In this document: positions 1 to 9,720 of the stretch, piece by piece | How the letters are laid out: each line of letters starts with the position of its first letter | How positions within the stretch are numbered: the first letter of the stretch is position 1 | Source of the DNA: Clostridia bacterium | GTDB lineage: Bacteria > Bacillota > DTU086 | Assembly (NCBI GenBank): GCA_012523575.1 | Contig: JAAYIF010000039.1 | Span: 3,084-67,083 of the forward strand | Length of the DNA: 64,000 nt | Direction of reading: 5' to 3' | Notes under the pieces: model-generated | Seen by the model: the letters and a program-made list of their open reading frames with translations, nothing else | Databases searched by the model: none | What the model was told of the DNA's origin: nothing | Program-made: the position numbers and the translations under genes

Positions 1-618
1 CTTGGCTGAAGGAATATGGATATTTTCCCTTACCATGCTGTATTCCCTAAGCTTTCCGTTTCCCTGGGGGAGAACAGTAAGTTTGACCCTGGTCCCGGGT
101 TCCCCTTTCATTAAATTGGCGGCTTCCTCAAGACTCAATTTGCTGATATCCCTGCCATTTATCCTTACTATTATATCACCGCTTTTTATTCCGGCTTTAT
201 AGGCCGGGGTTCCCTTAAAGGGAGAAACCACCATTAAACGCCCATCTTCGCTTTCAGTAATAAGAAGTCCTATACCGCCGTAAGTTCCTGATATGTGTTC
301 ATCCAAATCGCTGTATTCCTCGGGACTTAAATATGATGAATAGGGGTCTTCCAGAGCCTGAACCACCCCTTCTATGGCTCCCGTTACCATATCTTCCAGG
401 GAAAGGGGTTTAAAGGAATACATCTGGATTCTATATATTACCCCGGCAAGCTGTCCCAGGTTAGCTGCGTCAAAATACACCAAAACCCCCAATGTTGCCA
501 AAAGTACAAATACTGTTATTAGAATTCCCGTTGTAAAACCCTTAAAAAAAGACCTTCTATTCAAAAAGACACCACCACTTTTGTAAATTCGAAATTGCTT
601 CCTTTTATTACTTTTCAT
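1..618 (-). CDS. Carboxyl-terminal processing protease (S41 family, CtpA/CtpB-like), N-terminal part; 3' end runs off the window
   Basis: Minus-strand translation from ATG at 618 gives an N-terminal membrane anchor followed by a PDZ-like segment (GIGLLITESEDGRLMVVSPFKGTPAYKAGIKSGDIIVRINGRDI). Open to the window edge. Sits next to ftsEX and an M23 peptidase, as in many Firmicutes. Confidence 0.75.
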   Translation of the reverse strand, partial: MKSNKRKQFRIYKSGGVFLNRRSFFKGFTTGILITVFVLLATLGVLVYFDAANLGQLAGVIYRIQMYSFKPLSLEDMVTGAIEGVVQALEDPYSSYLSPEEYSDLDEHISGTYGGIGLLITESEDGRLMVVSPFKGTPAYKAGIKSGDIIVRINGRDISKLSLEEAANLMKGEPGTRVKLTVLPQGNGKLREYSMVRENIHIPSAK

Positions 619-759
619 TTATTAATATACTACTAGAACCTAAAGGCTAAAACAATCTCGGATAATTTATGGTCTTTTTAGTACAACAAAAAATGAGCAG
701 GCACTCATATAAGTTTATGAGCACCTGCCCAACATAATTTCATTGATAAAATCTTATAA

Positions 760-1278
760 TTATTTTTTAAAACCATGGAATTTTTCCAACTCATCAAAGA
801 AGTTTGTTAGCTGCTCCCTAGCCTTTTGGGAAACCTCTTTATAACTGCCAAGGAGCTTTTTAACCCTTTCACAGTCATCGAAGGATTCACAATCCTTTTC
901 TAAAACAAGCCTTAAATCAATGTATTCCTTTAAAATTTGGGCTAAAGAATTGTCAAATACCGGGGGTCTGGAGTTTTCAATGCTTTTGGTCATCTGATCC
1001 AAAAGCTTTTCATGAACATTTGCTGCTACGGGTATCCCTCCGTCAAAATTTTCTGCAATAAATGCCAAGGCATTTTCCACACAGATCTGAAACTCCCGAA
1101 ACTTTTCAGCAAGCACCTTGGCTTTTTCCACTGTTATTTCTTCTATATTAGTATCCTCCAATAATTTTTCCACTTCTCCTTCTATTTCCATAATGCCCCT
1201 AATCTGCTTTTTAACCAGCGACTTTGTGGCAATAATTTTACCTCGCAAAATTTCCTGGGGAATATACTCTTCCGGCAC
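760..1278 (-). CDS. Hypothetical protein (172 aa)
   Basis: Intact ORF between ctp and the M23 peptidase. No recognisable motif. Confidence 0.4.
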   Translation of the reverse strand: MPEEYIPQEILRGKIIATKSLVKKQIRGIMEIEGEVEKLLEDTNIEEITVEKAKVLAEKFREFQICVENALAFIAENFDGGIPVAANVHEKLLDQMTKSIENSRPPVFDNSLAQILKEYIDLRLVLEKDCESFDDCERVKKLLGSYKEVSQKAREQLTNFFDELEKFHGFKK

Positions 1279-1311
1279 AAAAACACCGCCTTTTTATTAA
1301 GTTTCTAAAAT

Positions 1312-2514
1312 TCATCGGAGATATCCCCATGGGCTCACAGGATTCCCGTTTACCCGCACCTCAAAATGAAGATGGGGGCCCGTACTCAAACCGGTGCTGC
1401 CCACACTTCCAATCCTGTCCTGATTGCCCACGGCCTGCCCCTCACGGACACTGATACTGCTTAAGTGACCGTAAAGGGTTGCAATTCCGCCGCCGTGGTC
1501 CACAACCACCGTATTACCATAGGCACCCAACCAGCCTGCATGTATAACCACACCGGAGCCCGCAGAATATACCCCCGCTCCCGAAGGAGCTCCAATATCT
1601 ATTCCCGTATGCAATTTTCTAACTCCTAAAATTGGATGGACCCTCGAACCGTAATCCGAAGTTATGGTGGTGTAACCTGGGGTCGGCCAAGACAGGACCC
1701 CTCCAAACCTTCCACCTGTCTTAGAACCTGAACCGGACGAATCCCCCGGTCTTGCATTTTGCCTTGCCTGAATTGCTCTGATCTTTGCGGCAATGGCGTT
1801 GGAAGCCTGTTCCAGTTCATCCAGTGCCTTCTCAATGGTTGCCTTTTCCGTTTTTATGGCAGCCAGCAGGTTTTCTTTTTCATTTTTCTGCTGTGCCAAT
1901 TCATCATGTCTCAGCCGGGTTGCCCTCTCCAGCTGGGCCAATTCCTGCCTTTTTGCCTCCAGTTTTTCCTTTTTTCGGGCAATTTGGTCCCTTTCTTCCT
2001 CTATCTCATCCAACAGCTGCATATCCTGCTCCGCTATTTTTTCCAAAAGGTGGAAACGGACCAAAAAGTCCCTGAAGCTGGTAGCTTCAAAAAGGACCTC
2101 CAGGAAATTGCCACTGCCCATTTGATAAATCTCTTTTAATCTAACGGAGAAAATATCTAATCTTTCCTTTAGACGGGCTTCAGCTTCCTTCAGCTCCTGC
2201 TCAGTTTCACTAATATCTTTCTCAACAACCCTGGCTTTACTCCTTATATCTTCCAGTTCCCTTTCGGTTTTTTCAATATTGTTGTTTAAGCTCTGCAGCT
2301 GCGCCCATAAACTCTTCTCTTCTGCTTTCTTTTCCTGAAGTTTTTTCTTCTTACCTTTGATCTCTTCCTGTACCTTTTTCTGACTTTCCTTCATCTTACT
2401 GAGTTCGGAGCCAAAGGTGGGCGTTATTATCCCCGTGCAGCTTATAAGAAAAGCGGCAAGAATCCCAACAGCTATGTATCTCAAATTATTCTTCCCCAAA
2501 TCACCACCCCCCAA
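1312..2514 (-). CDS. Peptidase M23 family protein with a long N-terminal coiled coil (EnvC-like murein hydrolase activator)
   Basis: The C-terminus carries an M23 signature (HTGIDIGAPSGAGVY...GNTVVVDHGGG..TLYGHL...GSTGLSTGPHLHFEV). The N-terminal ~250 aa are E/K/L/Q-rich coiled coil. Downstream of ftsEX. Confidence 0.85.
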   Translation of the reverse strand: MGGGDLGKNNLRYIAVGILAAFLISCTGIITPTFGSELSKMKESQKKVQEEIKGKKKKLQEKKAEEKSLWAQLQSLNNNIEKTERELEDIRSKARVVEKDISETEQELKEAEARLKERLDIFSVRLKEIYQMGSGNFLEVLFEATSFRDFLVRFHLLEKIAEQDMQLLDEIEEERDQIARKKEKLEAKRQELAQLERATRLRHDELAQQKNEKENLLAAIKTEKATIEKALDELEQASNAIAAKIRAIQARQNARPGDSSGSGSKTGGRFGGVLSWPTPGYTTITSDYGSRVHPILGVRKLHTGIDIGAPSGAGVYSAGSGVVIHAGWLGAYGNTVVVDHGGGIATLYGHLSSISVREGQAVGNQDRIGSVGSTGLSTGPHLHFEVRVNGNPVSPWGYLR

Positions 2515-2520
2515 AAAAAT

Positions 2521-3408
2521 TTAAATTTTTAAATACCTCTGAAGGGACAAGAAGCTCCCAAGAAATCCAATTAAGGGTCCTGAGGGCAGCACAACCAACG
2601 CCACATTCTTCAGTATGGATAAATCCCTTTGTATCGGTAGAAAGGACATGGCAGCAGTAATCTTATCAAGGAAAATGATATAGGAAAAATACAGCACAGT
2701 GCTGGCTATAAGGGCGCCGAAAAATCCCAAAAAAATTCCTTCCAAAAGAAAGGGCCAGCGGATAAACCAATTGGTTGCTCCCACAGATTTCATTATGTTA
2801 ACTTCTTTTCTTCGGGCATATACGGTAAGTCTGATGGTAACTGCAATTAAGAATACTGTACAGGCTGCCAAAACTGCGACAACAACAATCCCCCCGATGC
2901 GAATCCACCGGGTAATGCTGAAGAGCTTTTCCACCACCCCCTGCCCGTAGTTTACCTTTTCCACATGGGGCAACTTCTCAATCTCTTTAACAATAGTAGA
3001 AACTTGTTGCGGTTCCTCAGCTTTAACTATATAGTAATCGGGAAGGGGATTTTCACCTCCCAAGGCACTGACAAGATCGTGTTCCTCCCCAAACTGCTTG
3101 CTCAACTGACGAAGCCCCTCTTCTTTGGGAATCAGCTCCACGCTGTCAACCCCGGAAATGTCCTCCAGTTTATCCCCAAGGGCCTTTACTTTATTTTCAG
3201 GAGTATCAACATACAGAAAAACAGCTATTTCCACATCCTGCTCCACTGCCTGGGCAATATAATTGGTATTTGCAGTTAATAGAATAAAAGCACCCAATAT
3301 AATCAAAGATACGGCCACCGTCGCCACCGAAGCTAAGCTCATCCAAAAATTTCTTAGAATTGATTTTAAAGCCTGCGTAAAGAAATAGCCAATGGTTTTA
3401 ACCTTCAT
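2521..3408 (-). CDS. ftsX: Cell division permease-like protein FtsX
   Basis: Four-TM FtsX topology with a large first extracytoplasmic loop. Start taken as the internal MKVKTIG codon at 3408, which overlaps the ftsE stop by 11 nt. Confidence 0.85.
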   Translation of the reverse strand: MKVKTIGYFFTQALKSILRNFWMSLASVATVAVSLIILGAFILLTANTNYIAQAVEQDVEIAVFLYVDTPENKVKALGDKLEDISGVDSVELIPKEEGLRQLSKQFGEEHDLVSALGGENPLPDYYIVKAEEPQQVSTIVKEIEKLPHVEKVNYGQGVVEKLFSITRWIRIGGIVVVAVLAACTVFLIAVTIRLTVYARRKEVNIMKSVGATNWFIRWPFLLEGIFLGFFGALIASTVLYFSYIIFLDKITAAMSFLPIQRDLSILKNVALVVLPSGPLIGFLGSFLSLQRYLKI

Positions 3409-4084
3409 GGGCAAATAACACCTTCTCGCCGTCACTAACTAACTTGCCTTTATCCAGAGCAATTACCCTGTTGTTGGCCCTGTTGACCAGGGACCATTCG
3501 TGGGTGGCCATTATAACCGTTGTACCGCTGCGGTTGATATCAATAAGCAGCTTTAGTATCTCCTTGGAAGTTTCGGGGTCCAGGTTGCCCGTGGGTTCAT
3601 CTGCAACAAGAATATGGGGTCTGTTTACAATTGCCCTTGCAATGGCAACCCTCTGCTGCTCACCCCCTGAAAGCTGGTGGGGATAACAATGTATTCGGTC
3701 CTTCAAACCCACCAGATTGAGCACATGGTGAACCCTTTGCTGAATTTCCTTTTTGGAATGCTCAAGAACTTCCATGGCAAAACTAACGTTTTCAAAGGCA
3801 GTCCGGTCTTCCAGGAGGCGAAAGTCCTGAAATACTACCCCTATATTTCTCCGCAAAATTGGGATCTGAGATTTCCTTAAACGGGCTATATTTTTTCCTG
3901 CAATTAACACGTGCCCATATGTGGGACTTTCTTCCCTAAAGAGCAATTTTATTAAAGTGGATTTCCCCGCACCGCTGGGACCCACCAAAAAGACAAATTC
4001 ACCTTTTTCAATTGTCAGGGTAATATCTTGCAAAGCTCTGACACCATTGGGATAAACTTTGGTAACATTTAACAGCTTAATCAT
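3398..4084 (-). CDS. ftsE: Cell division ATP-binding protein FtsE
   Basis: ABC ATPase with Walker A GPSGAGKST, signature LSGGEQQRVAIARA and Walker B ILVADEPT. 228 aa. Confidence 0.92.
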   Translation of the reverse strand: MIKLLNVTKVYPNGVRALQDITLTIEKGEFVFLVGPSGAGKSTLIKLLFREESPTYGHVLIAGKNIARLRKSQIPILRRNIGVVFQDFRLLEDRTAFENVSFAMEVLEHSKKEIQQRVHHVLNLVGLKDRIHCYPHQLSGGEQQRVAIARAIVNRPHILVADEPTGNLDPETSKEILKLLIDINRSGTTVIMATHEWSLVNRANNRVIALDKGKLVSDGEKVLFAHEG

Positions 4085-4213
4085 ATCCAGTCCCTCTTAT
4101 GTATAATAGAAACGTACTTATCTAGTTGCTTTTCGACGTAATATTCCAAATTCCTTTTAAAGTTACTTTTTTGTTAAAATTTGACCTGCAATTTTATGGT
4201 AAAAAATATTACG

Positions 4214-4249
4214 ACAAAAAAGAGGAAAGCCCTCTTAGGGCTTTCCTCT
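4214..4249 (-). terminator. Rho-independent terminator downstream of the cotF-like gene
   Basis: Perfect 12-bp stem agaggaaagccc/gggctttcctct with a 5-nt loop, flanked by an A-run. On the minus strand this is a hairpin followed by a T-run. Confidence 0.6.
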
Positions 4250-4273
4250 AGGATTCTAACTTATTGAAAAAGT

Positions 4274-4690
4274 TTAGGATAGGTATTTGCTTCCTGAACC
4301 TCCCGTACCGTATTCATTACCCTGTTTAGCCACGGACTGCTGGGCATAGGGGCTGGTATAGGGCTGCTGACCGTAGGGTGTTTGATACCCAGCCTGTCCT
4401 CCCGTAGTAATCCGTTGCCCTATATTGGATTGAACGGAGCTGACAAAATTGTTTAATTGATTCCTTACCTCAGGACGGGCTTCGGGCACCTGATACCAAC
4501 CCCTGCGGTTCATCAGTTGAAACCAATCTTCAGCCATGGACATATGTTCCTGAGTCGTCCGCATCAGTGTTTGACGAACCTGGGAGTTTGCTGACTCAAG
4601 AACGTTAATGGTATCAATCAAAGCAAAATGCTTAATGGTATTCAAACAATCTATGGACATTGCCTGCAAACTAATTGAACCCTGCTGCAT
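4274..4690 (-). CDS. Spore coat protein F-like (Coat_F, ferritin-like domain)
   Basis: 138 aa, Coat_F-like helical N-terminal half and a Q/G/Y-rich tail. Confidence 0.6.
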   Translation of the reverse strand: MQQGSISLQAMSIDCLNTIKHFALIDTINVLESANSQVRQTLMRTTQEHMSMAEDWFQLMNRRGWYQVPEARPEVRNQLNNFVSSVQSNIGQRITTGGQAGYQTPYGQQPYTSPYAQQSVAKQGNEYGTGGSGSKYLS

Positions 4691-4706
4691 GTTTTACCTC
4701 CTCCTA

Positions 4707-5141
4707 TCATTGTTGATAACGGCTCTGACCCTGCTGCTGTATGGTAACACCCTGCTGTCCTCCGTAATTGCCTCCATATTGTCCGGCATATTGACCGCCG
4801 CCGTACTGGCCTCCCTGGTACGCAACACCGCCATATTGAGCACTACCATATTGTCCGCCATATTGCCCACCATACTGTTGTGAAGCCTGCTGGTATTGGG
4901 CGCTTGTCCCATACTGATATGAACCGCTTTGAATTAAGCTCATCAGACTCTGCCTGTGCTGCTCTAACTTGTTGATATGGGAATTAATCAGCTGCTTCAT
5001 TTCCTGGTCCGTACATGCCTGGGCATAGTACTGAAATTTTTCAATGGCACTCATGTGAGCCACTGCCGATTCCCCAATCATGAGAAGTTCCTTTTCCGAA
5101 AGCTGCAAATTTTTTGCCTCCTTCCATAGTGTAATATCCAA
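4707..5141 (-). CDS. Spore coat protein F-like paralog with a GGQY repeat tail
   Basis: 144 aa. Coat_F-like N-terminus. The C-terminus is QYGGQYGGQYGSAQYGG...GGQYGGGQYAGQYGGNYGG. The real start may be a TTG a few codons in, preceded by GGAAGGAGG. Confidence 0.6.
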   Translation of the reverse strand: MDITLWKEAKNLQLSEKELLMIGESAVAHMSAIEKFQYYAQACTDQEMKQLINSHINKLEQHRQSLMSLIQSGSYQYGTSAQYQQASQQYGGQYGGQYGSAQYGGVAYQGGQYGGGQYAGQYGGNYGGQQGVTIQQQGQSRYQQ

Positions 5142-5219
5142 TGCTATATATAGTTTGTCATCCGCTGCAATATTTATGCAGAGGAGAATAAAAATACAGC
5201 AGTAAATTCAAATATATTT

Positions 5220-6173
5220 TTATTTCCTACGGATTACCCGTTCCGCCGCCGCAGCTATATCCTTTGGGGAGAGACCATATTTTGCCAGGAGCTCCTCAGG
5301 GGTTCCGGATTCGCCAAAAACATCCCTTACCCCCACACGCTCAGCGGGTACAGGTAAATTTTCCGCTAAAACCTCCAAAACGGCACTGCTCAATCCTCCA
5401 ATAATCGAATGCTCCTCAACGGTAACCACACCCCCGGTCTTTTTCGCGCTTTTCAAAATCAGCTCATTGTCCAGGGGTTTTATACTGCTCATATTTATGA
5501 CTTCCGCATCTATTCCCCTTTCCTTCAACATTTCTGCAGCTTCAAGGGATTTGGCAACCATGATGCCCGTTGCAACTATGGATACATCCTTTCCTTCCCT
5601 AAGCACCGCTCCCTTTCCCAGCTTAAACTCATATCCGGAATCGAGAATAACGGGAACCTTTGAACGACCCAGCCTTATGTACATGGGTCCCTGGTATTCC
5701 ACAGCAAATTCGATGACTTTTTCTGTTTCCACAGCATCACAGGGAACCACCACTGCCATGTTGGGCAGAACCCTGGCTAAAGCTATATCCTCCAATGCCT
5801 GGTGAGTAGCTCCGTCCTCACCTACGGTAAGCCCGCTGTGGGTGGCAACAACTTTAACATTGGTTTTAGAGTAGGACACCGATATTCGCAGCTGATCATA
5901 AACCCTTCCTGTGGCAAAAACGGCAAAGGTACTGGCAAAGGGTATTTTCCCAGACAGAGCAAGCCCCGCAGCAGTGCCAATCATGCTCTGCTCGGCAATA
6001 CCCATATCAAAAAACCTGTGAGGAAACTTTTTGCCAAAAAGAAGGGTCTTGGTGGATTTCGCCAAATCCGCATCCAGAACCACAATATCTTCATATTTTT
6101 CTCCCAGCTCGGCCAGCTTTTCTCCGTAAGCATCCCTTGTAGCCTTCAGCTTTACTTCCCGAGTGTTTCCCAT
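5220..6173 (-). CDS. tkt: Transketolase, C-terminal (pyrimidine-binding) subunit
   Basis: 317 aa with transketolase Pyr and C-terminal domains. Overlaps the upstream N-terminal subunit gene. Confidence 0.9.
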   Translation of the reverse strand: MGNTREVKLKATRDAYGEKLAELGEKYEDIVVLDADLAKSTKTLLFGKKFPHRFFDMGIAEQSMIGTAAGLALSGKIPFASTFAVFATGRVYDQLRISVSYSKTNVKVVATHSGLTVGEDGATHQALEDIALARVLPNMAVVVPCDAVETEKVIEFAVEYQGPMYIRLGRSKVPVILDSGYEFKLGKGAVLREGKDVSIVATGIMVAKSLEAAEMLKERGIDAEVINMSSIKPLDNELILKSAKKTGGVVTVEEHSIIGGLSSAVLEVLAENLPVPAERVGVRDVFGESGTPEELLAKYGLSPKDIAAAAERVIRRK

Positions 6174-7009
6174 CGTTCCAAAACCTCCCCTTGGGAAAGT
6201 TCCTTCATGGCCAGCTCCCCTTCCTCCTTGCTGGGAGCCTTCCCGTGCCAGTCCACCTCATTTTCCATAAAGGAAACCCCTTTACCCTTAACGGTTTTGG
6301 CCAAAATCAAGGTGGGTTTACCCTCGATCCTGTCCGCCTCTTCCAAAGCATTGAGAATTTCATCAAAATTGTGCCCGTCTATAACAATTACATGCCAGCC
6401 GAAGGAATTCCATTTATCCGCTATGGGTTCGGGATTCATAATCTGAGCAATGGGACCGTCTATCTGCAGTCCGTTATAATCTAAAATCCCCACCAAATTA
6501 TCCAGCTTATAATGAGCCGCAGCCATGGCCGCTTCCCATATCATGCCTTCTTGTATTTCCCCGTCTCCCATGAGCACAAAAACCCGGTAATCCCTGCCGT
6601 CAAGTTTTGCAGCAAGGGCCATCCCATTTCCCACGGCAAGCCCCTGCCCAAGGGAGCCTGTGGAAATTTCAACCCCCGGCGTACTTCTCAAATCCGGATG
6701 GCCCTGGAGCATATGGTTGATCTTTCTTAAATACTTCAATTCCTTTGTATCAAAAAATCCCGCTTCCGCCAGAGCAGCATACAAAACCGGAGCTGCATGC
6801 CCTTTGGAAAGAATAAACCTATCCCTATCCTCCCAATGGGGTCTTGCGGGATCAATATTCATATGACGAAAAAATAAGGCAGCCACAATATCCGCCGCAG
6901 ACAAGGAACCACCTGGATGTCCGGAACCCGCTTCTTGAAGCATGGAAATAATACGTTTTCTAATAATGCGGGCCTTTTCTTCCAAAAAAATTTTTTCCGC
7001 GTCCAGCAA
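6152..7009 (-). CDS. tkt: Transketolase, N-terminal (TPP-binding) subunit
   Basis: 285 aa with the TPP-binding motif GDGEIQEGMIWEAA and the signature GSLGQGL. Split transketolase arrangement. Confidence 0.9.
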   Translation of the reverse strand: MLDAEKIFLEEKARIIRKRIISMLQEAGSGHPGGSLSAADIVAALFFRHMNIDPARPHWEDRDRFILSKGHAAPVLYAALAEAGFFDTKELKYLRKINHMLQGHPDLRSTPGVEISTGSLGQGLAVGNGMALAAKLDGRDYRVFVLMGDGEIQEGMIWEAAMAAAHYKLDNLVGILDYNGLQIDGPIAQIMNPEPIADKWNSFGWHVIVIDGHNFDEILNALEEADRIEGKPTLILAKTVKGKGVSFMENEVDWHGKAPSKEEGELAMKELSQGEVLERWETLGK

Positions 7010-7028
7010 ATCCTTACACCTCCAAATT

Positions 7029-7883
7029 TTAAATTCCTCCGCTGAATTCCTTAAAGCCCTCTCCTAGAACTTCATGGGCATCAGCAACAATAACAAAGGC
7101 ATAGGGATCCACTTCCTTCACCAGACTTTTTAATTTTGTCACCTCCCATCTTCCCACCACCGTAAGAAGAAGCCCCTTTTCCCTGCACGTATAGGCGCCA
7201 GTACACTTCATTAAAGTGGCTCCCCGTTCCATCTGGGTCAGAATCTCCCGAGCAATTTTATCGGTATGATCTGAAATAATGAATGCCGCCTTTGCCCCCA
7301 ATCCTTCCTGAACCACATCGATAACCCTGGTAGTTATAAATACCGCAATCAAAGCATAAAGGGCCAGCTCAACGGAAAAAAATATTCCAGCCAGAATAAT
7401 AACTATACCATCAATGAGCATGAGTCCCTGCCCTGAGCTGACCTTAAAAAACTTCCTAATAAGCTGTGCGGCTATATCCGTTCCGCCAGTTGTTCCTCCG
7501 GCTTTAAAAACCAAACCCAGCCCTAATCCCGTAAGCATTCCCCCAAAAATCGCCGCCAGGAGCGGATCCGTGGTGGGGCTTTTTACAACGGGCTTTAAAA
7601 GGTCAACGAAAACAGACAAAGTAAAAAAGCCGTACAAAGTTTTTATTCCAAACTGCGGGCCCAGAACCTTCAGGCTTGATAAAAATAACGGGATATTAAG
7701 TATCAGTATTGTTATCCCCACAGAGAAACCCAAAAGATAATGAATAATGGTGGCCAAACCGCTTACTCCCCCTGCAGCAATGCGATTGGGCACCAAAAAC
7801 ATATCCAGGCCCACAGCGGTTATAAAGCTTCCCAAAGTTATTAGTCCATAATTCAAAATGGTTCTGCCCTTCAAATTCCCCAC
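7029..7883 (-). CDS. yitT: YitT family membrane protein (DUF161 + DUF2179)
   Basis: N-terminal multi-TM region and a conserved C-terminal cytoplasmic domain typical of YitT/YqfU. Confidence 0.7.
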   Translation of the reverse strand: MGNLKGRTILNYGLITLGSFITAVGLDMFLVPNRIAAGGVSGLATIIHYLLGFSVGITILILNIPLFLSSLKVLGPQFGIKTLYGFFTLSVFVDLLKPVVKSPTTDPLLAAIFGGMLTGLGLGLVFKAGGTTGGTDIAAQLIRKFFKVSSGQGLMLIDGIVIILAGIFFSVELALYALIAVFITTRVIDVVQEGLGAKAAFIISDHTDKIAREILTQMERGATLMKCTGAYTCREKGLLLTVVGRWEVTKLKSLVKEVDPYAFVIVADAHEVLGEGFKEFSGGI

Positions 7884-8014
7884 CCCAATTTTAGTGTTCC
7901 TCCCAAAAAGTTTTTAAACCAATGTAATGGGGACTAAAAAAAATAAAAAAGTAAAGGTTGAACTTCTCCAATTTTTGCAAGAACTCCTTCTGCAAAGGAA
8001 AAACAATGGGAACA

Positions 8015-9688
8015 TTAAAGTCGGCCCGATCGAATTATGGATAGGATAAGCCAGAAAAAGAGAATACCACCCACAATAAATCCCACATCAAAAACGGGAA
8101 AATTAAAAAATACGGTTTTTTTAGGGGTACCCAGAGCATATGCTACCACCAGCCCGGACATTAGGATGCTAAAGGCAAGGAGAACAATGCTGAAGGAAAG
8201 GCGATTAACCAACTGATCCATTTTTACCATCAGGCGTTCAAAGCCCTCATGGCGGATAACCCCCTTTACCTCAGGTTCATCAATTTTTTCCCTCAGCCCC
8301 CTAACCAGTTTTGGAACTTCCGTTAACAAATACATATAATCCAGCATATAAGCCCCCAGGGTTTTCTTGAGCTCTGCCGGGGACAGCTGCCTTAAAATAA
8401 GTTTTTTCGCAAAGGGTTCCACTACTTTCATTAAAGAAAGCTTGGGATTTAGCTGTTTTACAATCCCTTCGGTGATAATTACCACCTTGGCCAGGAGAAC
8501 AAAATCCGAAGGGAGCCTAATGTTGTATTTAAAACTGACATCCAGAAGATCATTGAAGGCATCCCCGATTTTGATTTCCTCCACAGGTTTGTCATAATAT
8601 TTATCCCTCAATTTATCCAAATAGGCCTTAAGTTCCTTGCGGTTCACATCAGAGGGTACCACCCCCATCTCAAAAATGGTGTGCATTAAAAGGTCGCTGT
8701 TATGATTGGCCAGGGCAATAATGATTTGGGCCAGCTGATTTTTCTTTTCTGGGGGAAGGGAACCCATGATACCGAAATCCATAAAGCCCAGAGCTCCTCT
8801 GTCAAGAACAATAATATTGCCGGGATGGGGGTCGCCGTGAAAAAAACCATCCAGCAGGATTTGTTTCATCATGGTTTGAGCGAAAATTAAAGCCAGCTCT
8901 GCCCGATCATACCCCGCGGAAGCAAGCTGTTCCGGCTGATTGAGTTTAATTCCATGAATGCTCTCTAGGGTAAGAACCTTGGAAGTGCAATAATCCCAAA
9001 AAACCTCCGGGATATATACCCGGGCATCCCCTTTAAAATTCTCCCTCAGGCGGTCCGCATTGCGGCCCTCAGTCCTGAAATCCATCTCCGCACCAAGGGA
9101 CCTGGAAAACTCCTCCACCAGTTCGGTAAAATGATATTTTTCCCCCCAGGTGGTTCTCCTGTCTGCAATCCTTGCAAGGTCAAAAAGGATCTCCAGATCC
9201 GTTTCCACCATTTCTTTTAGATAGGGCCTCTGTACCTTTACCACAACCTTTTCCCCAGTTATAAGCTCTGCTTCGTGCACCTGGGCTATGGAAGCGGAAG
9301 CAATGGGCTCACTACCAAAGAAAGTAAAAAGCTCATTAATTTCTCCGCCCAGCTCCTCTTTTATTATCTTTTCAATGGTTGAAAAATCAACGGGGGAAGC
9401 CCAGTCCTGAAGTTTTTCCAGCTCCTTTACTATGTCTTTGGGCAGAAAATCAGAACGGGTACTTAAAACCTGGCCCAGCTTGATAAAGGTGGTCCCAAGC
9501 TCTTCAAAAACCAGGCGTACCCGTTCTCCTCTGCTCAATCTCTTTGTTTGATCCCACTGGACTCTTTTAAAAGGAGGCAGCACATCACTGATCCCCAGAA
9601 TGTCAAGGAGATAGCCGAACCCATGCTTGGCAAGGGTATTGGCAATAACCCGGAGGCGGTGTATGTGCTTGTACCTCCGTTTAAACAA
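8015..9688 (-). CDS. ABC1/UbiB family atypical protein kinase
   Basis: 557 aa. ABC1 kinase-like core (FHGDPHPGNII, DFG-like FMDFGIMG) with C-terminal TM helices. Confidence 0.8.
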   Translation of the reverse strand: MFKRRYKHIHRLRVIANTLAKHGFGYLLDILGISDVLPPFKRVQWDQTKRLSRGERVRLVFEELGTTFIKLGQVLSTRSDFLPKDIVKELEKLQDWASPVDFSTIEKIIKEELGGEINELFTFFGSEPIASASIAQVHEAELITGEKVVVKVQRPYLKEMVETDLEILFDLARIADRRTTWGEKYHFTELVEEFSRSLGAEMDFRTEGRNADRLRENFKGDARVYIPEVFWDYCTSKVLTLESIHGIKLNQPEQLASAGYDRAELALIFAQTMMKQILLDGFFHGDPHPGNIIVLDRGALGFMDFGIMGSLPPEKKNQLAQIIIALANHNSDLLMHTIFEMGVVPSDVNRKELKAYLDKLRDKYYDKPVEEIKIGDAFNDLLDVSFKYNIRLPSDFVLLAKVVIITEGIVKQLNPKLSLMKVVEPFAKKLILRQLSPAELKKTLGAYMLDYMYLLTEVPKLVRGLREKIDEPEVKGVIRHEGFERLMVKMDQLVNRLSFSIVLLAFSILMSGLVVAYALGTPKKTVFFNFPVFDVGFIVGGILFFWLILSIIRSGRL

Positions 9689-9720
9689 CTGTCCTCACCG
9701 TCCCGTTATTGATAAAACCT

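Noticed and set aside
1759-2139. Plus-strand ORFs of 60-160 aa inside larger minus-strand genes (M23 peptidase, secA, recD2, RND pump and others)
   Set aside because: They are entirely antisense to well-supported conserved genes and have low-complexity or odd composition. Spurious.
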